A DNA stretch of 64,000 nt from Mobula birostris (Eukaryota), in assembly GCF_030028105.1 (NCBI RefSeq), contig NC_092370.1, positions 175,718,647-175,782,646 on the forward strand. The letters are read 5' to 3'. The notes under the pieces are model-generated. The model was not told the DNA's origin and did no database searches. It saw only the letters and a list, made by a program, of their open reading frames with translations. Of this stretch, positions 51,240 through 64,000 are shown piece after piece. Each line of letters begins with the position of its first letter. Position 1 is the stretch's first letter. The position numbers and the translations under genes are program-made.

Positions 51240-53570
51240 ACTGGCCCGGCTAGTGTCCTTAGCCATGTACTTAGATGCTGCACAGATCAGCTGGCAGGGA
51301 TATTTACTGACTTTTTAACCTCTCCATGCTTCAATCTGAAGTTCTCATCTGCTGTAAGAAGATCACTATCATTGTACTACCTAAGAAAAACAAGTAAACG
51401 TGCCTCAGTGACTACCTTTCAGTGCTGTGATATCCACCGTCAGTGTGCAATGAGAGGCTCGTCATGGGATGGGTTAACACTAGCTTCCTAGAGAACCTTA
51501 ATCCACCGCAACTCATCTACTGCCAAAACGGGCTCAAGGCAGATGCCATCTCCCGACAGTCATCTCTGAAGTGTCTGGACAGTAAAGGTACCTGTGCTGG
51601 ACTATTGCTGTCTGACTACAGCTTCACCTTCAATATTGTAATTTCAAGCAGACTTGTTTCCAAACTGCTAAACTTGGGACCCAACACCTTCCTCTGAAAT
51701 GAATCCTTGACTTTTTGACATCAATAACGACCAGCAGCAACACTTCTGCCACGTTTATCCTTAACATTTGCGCCCCACGAGACTGCATCTTCAGCACACT
51801 ACTCTATTCCCTGTATACTCGTTGCTGCGTCGGCACATTCTGCTCCTAGTTCCATCTGCATATTTGCAGATGAGAGCGCTGTAGTGGACCATATCTCAAA
51901 TAACAATGAGTCTGAGTACAAGAAGACAATAGAGTGCTGATGACCTGGTGACATGCTGTCATGACAACAGTCTTTTTCTCCTTGTCAGGAAACCAAAAGA
52001 GCTGGTCATTGACTTCAAAGGGGGAGGGGTGAAGGTACTACATCAATGGTGCTGAGGTTGAGGAAGTTGAGTTTCAAGTTCTTAGAAGTGAATCTGATAA
52101 ATAGTCTGCCTTATTCAACTATGCTGAAGCTACAACCAAGAAAACTCACCAATGCCTCTGCTTCTTCACTAAATTTTTGTCAAAGTCCCATAGAAAGCGT
52201 CACAGCTTGGTATGGCAGCTGCTTTGCCCTTGACTGCAAGAAACTGAAGAGTTGTGGACACAGTTTAGCACATCATAGAAACTAGCTTTGGCTCCATAGA
52301 TTCTGTCTGTCCTTTTCACTGCCTCGGTTAATCAGCCAGTATAATCAAAGACTCCACTTAGCACAGGCATTATTCTTCCCCTACCCCCACTCCCCTCTGA
52401 TTGGAACTGTCTGTCTAGGTACCATATCCGATGCGGACTTTGGTGACCATGGTTTTCCATATAGAATTGGGTAGAGTATACAAAATCCTGAAAGCACTTA
52501 CCATCAGGATCAAGGGCACTTTCTCTTCCATTGTTATAAGGTAGAACGTAGAATAGTACAGCACAGTACAGGCCCTTCGGCCCACAATGTTGTGCCGACC
52601 CTCAAACCTTGCCTTCCATATAAGCCCCCACCTTAAATTCCTCCATATACCTGTCTAGTAGTCTCTTAAACTTCATGAGTGTATCTCCCTCCACCACTGA
52701 CTCAGGCAGTGCATTCCACGCACTAACCACTCTCTGAGTAAAAAACCTTCCTCTAATATCCCCCTTGAACTTCCCACCCCTTACCTTAAAGCCATGTCCT
52801 CTTGTATTGAGCAGTGGTGCCCTGCGGAAGAAGCACTGGCTATCCACTCTATCTATTCCTCTTATTATCTTGTACACCTCTATCATGTCTCCTGTCATCC
52901 TCCTCCTCTCCAAAGAGTAAAGCCCTAGCTCCCTTGATCTCTGATCATAATGCATACTTTCTAAACCAGGCAGCATCCTGGTAAATCTCCTCTGTACCCT
53001 TTCCAGTGCTTCCACATCCTTCCTATAGTGAGGTGACCAATACTCCAAGTGTGGCCTAACCAGAGTTTTATAGAGCTGCATCATTACATCGCGACTCTTA
53101 AACTCTATCCCTCGACTTACGAAAGCTAACACCCCATAAGCTTTCTTAACTACCCTATCCACCTGTGAGGCAACTTTCAGGGATCTGTGGACATGTACCC
53201 CGAGATCCCTCTGCTCCTCCACACTACCAAGTATCCTGCCATTTACTTTGTACTCTGCCTTGGAGTTTGTCCTTCCAAAGTGTACCACCTCACACTTCTC
53301 CAGGTTGAACTCCATCTGCCACTTCTCAGCCTACTTCTGCATCCTATCAATGTCTCTCTGCAATCTTTGACATTGAACAGTTCTCTTATTAAGATGTATT
53401 CTTGACCACAGTCTACCTCATTGTGACCTTGCACATTATTGTCTACCTGCACTGTACTTTTTCTGACATGTAACACTTTATCCTTTACTGTGCACTATTG
53501 CTCTGTATGGACAGTATGCAAGACAAGTTTTTCACTGTTCCCCAGTACATGTTACAATAAGAAACCTATT
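51240..53570 (+). mobile_element. Degenerate Rex1/Babar LINE interrupted by a CR1
   Basis: LLLSDYSFTFNIV, TTTGCAGATGA (FAD), AAACCAAAAGAGCTGGTCATTGACTTC (KTKELVIDF-like); 3' tail resumes ~53370. Confidence 0.75.
52543..53363 (-). mobile_element. CR1 3' fragment
   Basis: 237-aa ORF MEFNLEKCEVVHFG...LVRPHLEY...FFTQRVVSAWNALP plus CR1 3' hairpin and tail. Confidence 0.93.
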
Positions 53571-54997
53571 TATCAATTTGTGTGTGTGTATATATAGATA
53601 TCTTTTTGACTTAACTATATTGATTACAGAACTATTGGAGGAATTGAACTGAGCTATCAGATTCAGGTCTTGAGGTGGATTTGCAATAGAAAGGGAAGAC
53701 TAGGTAGTTTCAGGAATTTTTTTTGGTAAGTGGGGTAGAATCTAGTCTTTTTGGGGTCAGTACAAAAGTTGGGGTCTTGAGCTTGTTGCTGGAAGTGTAC
53801 TTGGATAGAGAATATGAAGTAAATCCTCAGAGGGAGAAAAGTGAGAATAAAAAGTAACAAATCCAAATTTTAGTGCAATTTGACCTGTGGGTTAAGGGAT
53901 CAAATTCCATTGTTATGAGCCACAAGCCCTTAAGTTAATTTGAAAAGGACTTTACGTGTTTTGTGTAGTATGCTGCTTTCAGTTTAAGTTATTTTATGCT
54001 GGCATACACAAACCTTTGCATTATAGACTTTCTGGCTCAATATTAAATTGTACTTTTGATTTTAGCAAAAATAACTTTTGCAGCAGTGATTCACCACACG
54101 TAGCTTCTGATTTCTGCATGTGCCTGTATAGATTTTGTAACTGGCAAACCCCTCCTATTTATACTGGAGGTTACACAATGTAGTTAAAAATATTCAAAAA
54201 AATTCTTAAACAATATTGTTATAGCAAGTTAACAGTTTGTTTTAACTCATGCAGTGATAACTTTTTCCACTTATAACAAACTTTATCCAGTTAACCAAAT
54301 CTTTAAAATGTTCAATTCAAAGTCATGTTAAAAACATATTCACTATACCTGTAATTTGATATAATTATACTTTAATAAAATCAGGTCTGTCAAAACTCAG
54401 TGTTATCCTTTTTTTAAAGTTTACCTTTTGGTATTTTTAACTACAGACGTTTGTACATAATGTAACCATCAGTGTGAAAGTCAAGGACTTGTTTGCAAAA
54501 TTAAATTTCTGAAATCACTTGCACATACGTAGTGTATTTTAATCTATAGACATTGGCCACATACTGATTACACATTTAGTGATGTGCATGGTCTCCACTG
54601 CCTTCATAGTCATGTAAGGCAGCCTTTGTTCGTGCCTCAAAGGGTGAGGTTAACTACCAAGGAGAATGAGGATATTGTTCTTTTTAACTTGAATTTAAAA
54701 CCAAAATGCCCAAATTACCTTGAAATAGATGTTGCAAACAATTTTCATTGCAAACATTTGCTCCGGTTCTGTTTCTCATATCCAGACCCATGACTCGTGT
54801 TGGAGTAGAGTTGCACAAATTCCTTGAACACACCATCATTCACCCTGGTTGAGCTTGGTGTGTGAACTGAATCATGCTGAGATGCTTTGTTAGGTTGATT
54901 GTGAAAATCATTGTAGTTTCATGACTTGGAAATCATGACCACATTTCACAAGTTAGATGTTTCCAGTTACCGTGGAGACCAGGTCTAGAGGTTAATT

Positions 54998-55912
54998 ACG
55001 CAAACATGAGAAAATCTGCAGATGCTGGAAATTCAAGCAACAATTCAAGGGTCTTGGCCCGAAACGTCAACTGTGCTTCTTCCTATGGATGCTGTCTGGC
55101 CTGCTGCATTCCACCAGCATTTTGTGTGTGTTGCTAAAGGTTAATTAATAAGGAATTTACCAGACATTTTTAACCCCTGATGTGATTAAAATGTTTGGCT
55201 ACCTAGGTTGATGTTATGACCTTACCTCACCTTATCTTCTTACCAGCCCATTACCTCTCTCTGGTGCTTCACCCCTTCCCTTTCTTCCATGGTCTTCTAT
55301 CCTCTCCCATCAGATCCCCCTTCTCCAGTCATTTCTCTCTCTCTTTCACCAATCGACTTCCCAGGTCTTCACTTCACCCCTCCCCCTCCCCTGGTTTCAC
55401 TTATCACCTGCCACCTTGTACTACTTTCTCCCTTCCCCCACCTTCTTACGTTTCAATCCTGATGAAGGGTCTCAGCATGAAACGTCAACTATACTGTTTT
55501 CCATAGATGCTGCCTGACCTGATGAGTTCCTCCAGCATTTTGTGTGTGTTGAAGCGGATTTGGGCAATAATTTAAGCCAAACAACCAATCCACTAAGAAA
55601 ATATCAGTAACCAGGGATATCAAAATTCATTGATTTAATTAAGTGATCTTGAAAGCAAAAGCAACACACATCAAGGTTGCTGGTGAATGCAGCAGGTCAG
55701 GCAGCATCTCTCGGAAGAGGTACAGTCGACATTTCAGGCCGAGACCCTTCGTCCGGACTAACTGAAGGAAGAGTTAGTAAGAGATTCTACTCCCTCTATG
55801 CTTATGACTGTACCTCTTCCTAGAGATGCTGCCTAACCTGCTGTGTTTGCCAGCAACTTTGATGTGTGTTGCTTGAATTTCCAGCATCTGCAGAATTCCT
55901 CGTGTTTGTGTT
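54998..55912. mobile_element. Cluster of three Penelope-derived terminal-repeat elements with minimal hammerhead motifs
   Basis: Segments 54998-55136, 55220-55552 and foldback 55655-55912; motif AGTC-CTGATGA-A-GGGTCTCGGCCC-GAAAC-GTC-GACT in variously decayed copies. Confidence 0.82.
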
Positions 55913-56255
55913 GAAAACAAGAGGTTTGGATCATTTGAACACTGAGAATTTAAAAAAAAAGTTGATTTATGGATCACTAATGAAAGCTTGTGTAGGCTAA
56001 CTTTCAGTTTGTAATTGTGTGAAGGAATGGTTCAAATGAAGTTTAAACAAAAAGATTCTGGTAGTGCAGAATGCATCATGCAGATATTAGTTTAAATATT
56101 TCAGGGGCACATCAATTAGCTTGGTCCTCATCAACTATGCATGGATGAAATTACAAATTTTAGTGATTTTTGTTTTCCTCCCCTGATCATCAATAACTAA
56201 ATCCAGTGTAATTTTGACAAAATGCATTAATACTTGACTTTTCCTCTCTATCCAG

Positions 56256-56399
56256 ATAAATCTCATAGCTCCTCCAAGATATGTCATGACTACCACAACA
56301 CTTGAGCGTACAGAAGGTCTTTCTATTCTAAACCAAGCTATGTCGGCAATTAAAGAACGTATAGAGGAGAAAAGAGGCGTTTTCAACATCCAGATGGAG
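56256..56399 (+). CDS. EIF2S1: EIF2S1 exon 7
   Basis: atccag|[48 protein letters not shown]|gtcagt; 144 nt. Confidence 0.97.
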
Positions 56400-56554
56400 G
56401 TCAGTCTCTTGTTTTTGGCTTGCTGTTATTCCTATATTAAATTCTCTAGTGCAATATATGGACTTACATATATGGTAGACAAAGTTACTGTGGTTGTGAA
56501 AGTGCTTCCTGTTCCCATTTTGTGCTCAAGTGATTTCAACCACGCCACTATATA

Positions 56555-56790
56555 AAACCACAAGACATGGGAGCAGAATTAGGCTATTTGGCCTATCAAG
56601 CCAGCTGTGACATTCAGCTATACGTAGTTTTCCCTCTCAACCCCAGTTACCTGACTTTTCCCCATAACCTTTGACACCCTTACTAATTGAGGCCTATTAA
56701 CCTCTGCCTTAGACATACCTGATGACTAAAAGCTGTCAGTGGCAATGAATTCCGTAGATTCACCACCCTCTACCTAAAAAAATTTTCCTC
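56555..56790 (-). mobile_element. CR1 3' fragment
   Basis: ACCACAAGACATGGGAGCAGAATTAGGC..., same family as 10563 and 63633. Confidence 0.8.
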
Positions 56791-57441
56791 TATGTACTTT
56801 GAGTAAAAACTGGCTGGCTTTGCAAACAAGACTGGACAGTTTAGTAAGTGGTCCCATCTTGGAAACATTGAACTATATGCTGCGAGGTTGTACACTGAAA
56901 AATAGTTACACAATCCAATCCCAGTAGGCCCCAGCCACATTGAAGGGCTTGAGTTATTTTCTATTCTACTGAAGAATTTGGAGTTGGGTCAGATTATGCC
57001 TTCATAGCCCAACACAATATTTTATACAAATCAGCAGTTGTGGGCTGTTCACTAGACATGGGTAGGGACCGCTATCATCGATAAGGAAATGACAAACTGT
57101 TAGTCTACTGTCAGTAGCAGGGCAATTGCTCAAGACAATAATGAAGGGCATAATTATATAATGTAAGGGTTAAACAAAATCGTCTGTTGAGTTCTTGAAG
57201 ATTTGAGTAATGGAAGAGATAAAGGGGGAAGCGGGGATATAGTGCATTTCAGTTTCTGGAAGGATTCCAGTAAGGTACAAGAGTTTGGCTAATGTGTAAA
57301 GAGTATATGGAGATGTCGTGAATTGAATTGGTTATCGGATGGAAAGCAAAGAATGGGAATTCTTAGTTTGGCAGGCTGTGTCTAGTGAGGTTCTGCAGGG
57401 GTGGGTGCTTGGACTTAAAATATAGAGAGATAGAACTTGCT

Positions 57442-57720
57442 GGCACCATGGTGGAGTAGCGGTTAGTGCAACGTTATTACAGTTTGGGCCATTAGAGTTC
57501 ATTTCCGACATTGTCTGTAAGAAGTTAGTATGCCCTTCCTGTAAACGTGTGGTTTCCTCTGCGTGTTCGGTTTCCTCTCAGCTTCCAAAGATGGACCACT
57601 TAATGGGTTAATTGGTTGTTGTAAATTGTCCTGTGAATAGGTTAGGGTTAAAAAGGTGAATTGCTGGGTGTTGCAGCTCTTTGGGCCTGTTCCCCACTGT
57701 ATCTCTAAATAAAATAAAAT
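57442..57720 (+). mobile_element. tRNA-derived V-SINE (HE1-like), inserted into CR1 debris
   Basis: GGTGGAGTAGCGGTTAG A-box, GAGTTCATTTCC B-box, V-domain-like GTGGTTTCCTCTGCGTGTTCGGTTTCCTCTCAGCTTCCAAAGA, CR1-like tail ...GTATCTCTAAATAAAATAAA. Confidence 0.75.
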
Positions 57721-57911
57721 ATACCATTTCTTGAAAGGCTTAACAGGCCAGATGCAGGAAGGTTACATGAGTGGGATATTTAGGACCTGGGTGTACAGTT
57801 TGAGATTAAGGGATTGATCGTTTAAAACTGAGGTGAGCCAAACATGGATGGTGAATTACCATATATAACCTAGGTTATACCTTGTTATATTTTTTCATTT
57901 ATTTGTTGTGA

Positions 57912-58046
<135 letters not shown>

Positions 58047-58420
58047 ATACTTACTGGATTCTGGAAATTGACCAGAAGAGAGAAAATTCCCTTCAAAATT
58101 CAGACTACAAAGCTATCTTTTTTTTTGGATTTATCCAAAATACTTCATGCATATATTTCATTTCTCATTTTCCTAATGTGACTGGCTACTGTTCTGAACA
58201 TCTTCATATCAATTAAAAAACAAACCAGGTTAATCAACTTCTTTGAACTGCAACTGCTAGAGTTTTTATTAAAAAAATATTAAGCACGCAAGCTGATCCT
58301 TGCTGTTAAATTTGCAGCCAGTCTTCCACGCAAATCACTAATTGGAATTTTACAAGTATTTGATCCTCTGGAAGAAAGGAATTTTTTCTCAAAAGATTGT
58401 ATTCAGAACATCTAACAAAA

Positions 58421-58426
58421 AATAAA
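58421..58426 (+). terminator. Candidate proximal polyadenylation signal of EIF2S1
   Basis: AATAAA ~375 nt after the stop, followed by T-rich sequence; a second AATAAA at 60374-60379. Confidence 0.5.
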
Positions 58427-60714
58427 CATTGGCAAAATAATCTTTGAAACTTCAAGCCTTTTATTTTGTATTTTTGGCACTGCCTTTATGCACTATCTGA
58501 TATATCAATAGTTGTGAGTAACAAAGTAAAGCATCTATTTTCTTTTGATGTGGGGAAGCTGCCTGTAGTCAAGTTGAGTTCTCTCTGCAAATCTGTTTTT
58601 GCATTTTCATTGTGTAACTTGTCAGCACATGAAATTTGGCATGCTATTTTTAATCATGAATTTGGCTTAATTCATTTACGCTGAGTACTATAAAAATAGT
58701 ATGGCTGCGTGTTTCTGCTGAAAATTTTAGTGTTTTATTTTGATATTTCACTAAAGTTTTCACAACTATTATGTATTTAGTTCTTAAAATATCAAGAACT
58801 TAAGCCTGCTTCTGAACTTCGCCTATTTTTCATGCTCAGTTAGCTCACACCCACAAATTGTGAAAGTGATCTTAATAGGCAAAAATATTCATGTCCCAAG
58901 TACAGGCTGCCAATTCTGCTTTCCAACCAAACCATTTGTTGGCTTAAAAGTAATTTTTTTTTGTGGCATTAACACTTCGGTATCTAGCTTACTAAGGCAG
59001 ATTACTTACTTTTTTTTTTGGTTATTGGAATTGTCTTGCCATATTTTCAAATGCTTGTTAGACTGTGGTAACATGACGTTGCTTAAGTACTGGTGCCATG
59101 TGGGGAACAATTAAACGTGATGCTGGACTCATTACTATAATACATCACAAATTCATAGAATACGAATTGATCCCAGAAAAGAGTTTGGATTGTAAAATGG
59201 AAGTCTCATAGCATTTATTACATTTTCCAGATGCCCACTGGTTTGTAAATTCATTGACTGTCCTTAAACTGTGCATCAAATAGTTATTCATTTTATTTTG
59301 AATCGTGAACTTTCCACTGAATTTTGGAGAATGATGTGTTTTAAAGCTCTTGATCTGGTAAGCTCAAGATTTGTGTGCTGGATTAGCAAGTTTTCTGTTG
59401 TCTGTTTTCTAGTAAATGATTAAGTTTCAAGGGAGCATGGGTAAACTGAACCAAATAGTTACAAGGCATTGGTGAGAGCACTGGTGAGCCAGATGCCAAA
59501 CCATCAGGATTTCCATTTCAGCAGAAAGCAGATTATCAGAGACCATCTAATTTCTAAAGCAGGTGTAATATTCGCAACTCTCTATATCACACCTGTTACA
59601 TTGAGTGATATTTGAAACATTGAAGAGAGCATCATTTGACCAACTAAGCTATGTTAAAATTGCCCTGCACCTTTTACGTTTGTGTGTGGTATCATTTTTT
59701 TTTCCTTTCCAGTCACTTTTTAATAACACAGTTATACTTAACGCGGTTCCCATTCCTTCACACTCCTGTAAAAGTTGTCATTTAATACCTCCACCAGTCC
59801 TCCACCAGTTCTTTATTATTTGCATATTTAAGATATATTGTCTAATGATCTGTTTGTTGTTATAGCTAAGTCATAATCCTTCACCTCTAAATTGATTTTC
59901 TTTGGTATATCTACCACTGGATTTGTTAGGTTATTTAGATATTTACCCTTTTCAGGAATGCTAACTTTTAAGTTTAAATTGCATGGCCTCTAAGGAGGAA
60001 TGTGAGACGTTGATTCTGCAGTGTAAAGTTCCTGGAGAGAATCTGTACCTATTAGTGCCATTTTAATACTTGTAACAACCTGATTGTTGAACAGTGTAAG
60101 TGTTTATGTGCCATAGAAAAGAGTATGGGGAATTTCTACCATAATGCAACTTCCAACATTTTTATTACTTAATCTGTAAGAGCAATTCATTTGATTTTGA
60201 TATTTTCAGACAGGCAATGTAAGCTATAATTAATGTATTATTTGATAATTGAATTTGGCATGTCTTGATAGAAACTAAAATTTTGGCGGTTTCTCTGGGG
60301 TGGGAGGAGGTGAAACCTTTTGCAAATTTGGTTTTATTACAGAAGAGACTTAATATCAAAAGTTTGCTTGTGCAATAAAATTTGATTAACTTCAGTTTCC
60401 TGTGAAGTTGGGTCTGAATCTCTATTCTTGGACCTGAACAAGAAAAAAATTTCGTGCTTCACTGAAAATGCTAAATTTTGAAACTTAGATCCTTTCTGCC
60501 AGTTTAGGTGTATTTGTTTGCACTTTACTATTCATTAGGCAGTTCTCCATGCCTTGGCTAATATTTCTCCTTTGACTACCACCTCATTTACCAACATGGC
60601 ACTATAGTTCATTCATTTGAAGATTGAGTATGACAATTGATATAGTTCCCTATGAAAAATCAAACTTTTATGGCTCAACATTGTTTGCCTTGATTCAGAG
60701 TAGAACTTTAATTA

Positions 60715-62280
60715 CAAAAAGCTGGGTGAACTCAGCAGGTCAGGCAGCATCTAAAGAAATAAAACAGTCCACATTTTGGTCTGTGGCCCTTTATCAGGAC
60801 TGGAAAGGAAGGAGAATGATGCCAGAATAAGAAGGTGGGGGGAAGGGAAGAAGGACAAGCTAGAGGATGAAGGGTGAAGTGAGGTGGGTAGGGAGGGGTG
60901 ATGAAGTAATTAACAGGGGTGTGATGGTGAAAAAGATAAAGGGCTGGAGAAGGAATCTGATAGGAGAGTAGACCATGGAAGAAAAGGAAGGAGGAGGGTC
61001 ACTAGAGGGATGTGACAGGCAGCTGAAAAGAGGTACAATACTGTGCAAAAGTCTTAGGGCATATATATGTATCTACAAGTGCTAATACTCTTGCACAGTA
61101 TTGTAATTATGTATTGTACTACTGCAAAAAAAATTCATGACATGAGAGATGATAAACCTGGTCCTAATATGGGTCTCAATTGTGGACTGAGTGGAAAGTA
61201 GGCAGGGAGAGGGGAATCAAGGTTAGGAAGTGGGAACCACCAGAGAAACATTCTGTAATGATCAATAAACCAATTTCACCGGACAACAAAGATTGTTGCT
61301 TTCTGAACACTTTTGGGAGCATGTTATGGATTTTGGCCCGCTGATCATGAAAATCACTATGAAATTTCCCTATGACACCATTTTTGAAATTGCCAATATT
61401 TGTATTTCAATTCATAATTGAAGTGGGAATAAGTGATGTCAAGATTGAGGAAGGCATTTTTGTTAGTCTACAAATCGAACAGGTCATCAATGGTAGGCAG
61501 TTCAAAAATCTGGTAGGACTGGTGAAAATCACATGGAAGGCACTCAAGGATATTGTTGAAAATTTTCTTGGCAACAACAGAGCACCAAAGTATGTGCTGC
61601 TGATTGACAACATGATCCAAACATACAAAACCATGAAGTGCAAAATGTCACAAAAAGATTAATTTTCGGCATTCCCGTTTAGACTTCTTCGCTGTAAATC
61701 TTGGTGTTGTCAGTGACCAAGCATGATGAAATGTTTCACTAGGACATTGTAGTCATGGGGAAACAGTATCAGGGCAACTGGAATCCATCAATGGTGGCTG
61801 ATTATTGTTGGACACTTAGCAAGAAGCCTCAGACACAGTACAAACAAAAATCATGAACAGAACATTGAATAAAAGTTAATTTATTTTTTCTCCAATTTTC
61901 TATATGATACAAGAGGTCTGAAATTAGGTTTGTGTTCAGCTTCAAGCGATCTATCATAAATCGTAAAAAAAAAAATTCTGAGGAAGCAACACTTACAAAA
62001 AGAATTATTGTCCAGGGCTTATTTGGAATCAAATGAACTTGCCTGGTGTCTCAGGGCTGGGTGTAACTGCACCAGTGCTACCCCCTCTTCCCCCCCCCCC
62101 CATCCCATGCACCTGCTACAATTTTCCTGCAGTGCCCGCAGAGTGGGGAATTGAAGGGGGTGGGGAATTACCAAAAACTGGAGAAATCAATGTTCCTACC
62201 ATCAGGTTGGAGGCTACCTAGACAATATGAAGTGTTGTTCCTCCAACCTGAGAGTGGCCTCAGAGGCCAGGGACTGACAT
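60715..62280 (-). mobile_element. Penelope remnant split by nested insertions
   Basis: 60715-61030 and 62140-62280 match the reverse complement of 22600-23060. Confidence 0.75.
61277..62017 (+). mobile_element. Chapaev3-like (CMC superfamily) internally deleted DNA transposon
   Basis: TIRs CACCGGACAA / TTGTCCAGGG; ISDVKIEEGIFVSLQI...VENFLGN...CKMS followed by frameshifted LDFF..NLG.VSD.H.E.FH.DI...YQG.W...ADYCWTL. Confidence 0.7.
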
Positions 62281-63632
62281 GATGCCCATCCTCTGCTATA
62301 TTTGAGAAACCTGCATATTCTCACGGTAACTCCATTTGTATTTTTCAGTATCTTAGTTTCCTTCCTCAATCTGAAGGTACATTGATTAGTAAGTGAATTG
62401 TCTACTGTAAATTACCCTGGACAGCGCTGGGTGGCAGGAGCATCTGTGTGGAGAAGATGAACATGAGTGCAAATACAGAGAAATAAGTGGGGGAATGGGA
62501 TTGCTGGTATTGCTCACAGCCAGTAAAGACTTAACCAAATGGAGCAATGAGAGTATAGTATATTACACAGCTCTGTGATTTATAGCACAGAAAATGTCAA
62601 GCTGTACAGTCAGTTTATGGTGATGCTTAAATTATATTAATGTAAATGTTTTTTTCATGGCTCTTTCCTTTCTTTGCTGTCTAATCTGAACATTGACCCT
62701 ATCTAAATTACTAACTTTAATCCTTCATCCCACACTTTAGTAAACGAGAATATTTTGCTCAGTTTTTTTTATCATTGAAAACAGCCAGAAATTTCAATGC
62801 TTCAAATTTTTCACGAATTTTGTTCAAACAAAATGATTCACTAACTTTGTGCCGCAATAATTGTTGCCTCAACACTACCTCATTATATTGCACAAATGGT
62901 ACTGCAGCTTTATATTCAATTCTATGCATATACACTTTTATAATCCTTGTTATCAGTAAGATAAGTAATGTGATTTCCTATTTTTTGTCAACTCTGACCA
63001 CTCATTTCAAGGGAGAATTTTGGCTTCCGAAGGACTTTATATTGTTAATTTCTTAAAAATGTTCAAATAATTGCTTTTGGATTCCATATTAATTCCCTTC
63101 ATTGTTGAATATTCCTTGAAATATACATACAATATTTTAGTTTTGATGTAGCCAGCATTTTTGTAGGTGGACTTGTTCTGGACCCCTATGCTGTCAACGT
63201 GATCCAATTTTGTCATTCTAGATCCAATCGATATGCAGAGTCTTGCTCCTAGGGATGGGCAGGATGCATATTGAAGAAAACTTTAGACTGCAACAAGACA
63301 TGGACAGTCTGACAAATAAGTAAGCTGACGCATTGAGGAGGTGTTGCAAGAAACAAGGGAATATAATTAAATGGGAGGATACTGAGATCTGGAAAAATGA
63401 AAGGATTTTGCCACATTTACTTATCCTTAAAGGGAGCATGCCATCTTGAATTTTTTTTTAAAGGATTTTGCATATTTTATTAGATGAGGCACAATACAAA
63501 GGTGGGAAGTTACACTTGAACTGTACAAAACACTAGATCACAGTTTGTGTGCCATATATAGTTTCAGTTATGTCCTTACAAGAAGATTTGGGTGCACTGG
63601 AAGGAGTGCAGATGAGAGTTTCAGGGATATCA

Positions 63633-64000
63633 GACCATAAGATATAGGAGCAGAATTAGGTCATTTGGCCCATCAAGTCTGCTCTGCCATTTCCTCATGG
63701 CTGATCCAATTTTCCTCTCAGCCCCCTTCCTTCTCCCCGTATCCCTTCATGCCCTGACCAATCAAGAATCTATAAACCTCTGCCTCAAATATACATAAAG
63801 ACTTGGCCTCCACAGGCACCTGTGGCAAAGAATTCCACAGATTTACCATTCTCTGGCTAAAGAAATTCCTCCTCATCTCCATTCTAAAAGGATACCCCTC
63901 CATTCTGAGGCTGTGTGTTCTAGTCTTAGACTCTCCACATCCACTCCATAAAAGCTTGTCAAAATTCAATGAGGTCACCCCTCATTCTTCTGAATTCCAG
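63633..64000 (-). mobile_element. CR1 3' end (continues beyond window)
   Basis: ESKTRTHSLRMEGYPFRMEMRRNFFSQRMVNLWNSLPQ plus CR1 3'UTR. Confidence 0.9.

Noticed and set aside
55448-55486. ACGTTTCA upstream pairing with TGAAACGT to give a type III hammerhead
   Set aside because: Leaves no stem I and would sequester GAAA; more likely inhibitory or chance.

Overview
Eukaryotic (vertebrate) genomic DNA, most likely a cartilaginous fish (shark/ray), inferred from abundant CR1 LINEs, HE1/V-SINE-like elements and Penelope remnants. Two housekeeping genes lie head-to-head across a CpG-rich promoter at ~29.0-30.0 kb. ATP6V1D (V-ATPase subunit D) is on the minus strand, with coding exons 1-7 present and the rest running off the left edge. 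EIF2S1 (eIF2-alpha) is on the plus strand, with a complete 315-aa CDS in 7 coding exons plus a probable non-coding exon 1. All coding exons were read by hand with GT-AG boundaries and consistent phases. Introns are packed with nested TEs: CR1, Rex1/Babar, Penelope, Tc1, hAT/Charlie, Chapaev3-like, SINEs, a retroviral RNase H relic and a candidate solo LTR. The most unusual signal is a ~170-bp insert in EIF2S1 intron 4 carrying the hammerhead-ribozyme core motifs with perfect stems I and III, but in a strand order matching none of types I/II/III. Also notable: minimal Penelope hammerheads, foldback Penelope derivatives, a CLEAR-like E-box in the shared promoter, and inverted Tc1 copies flanking exons 2-4 whose back-splice would give a stop-free circular ORF. 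TE boundaries and family names come from motif recognition only and are approximate.
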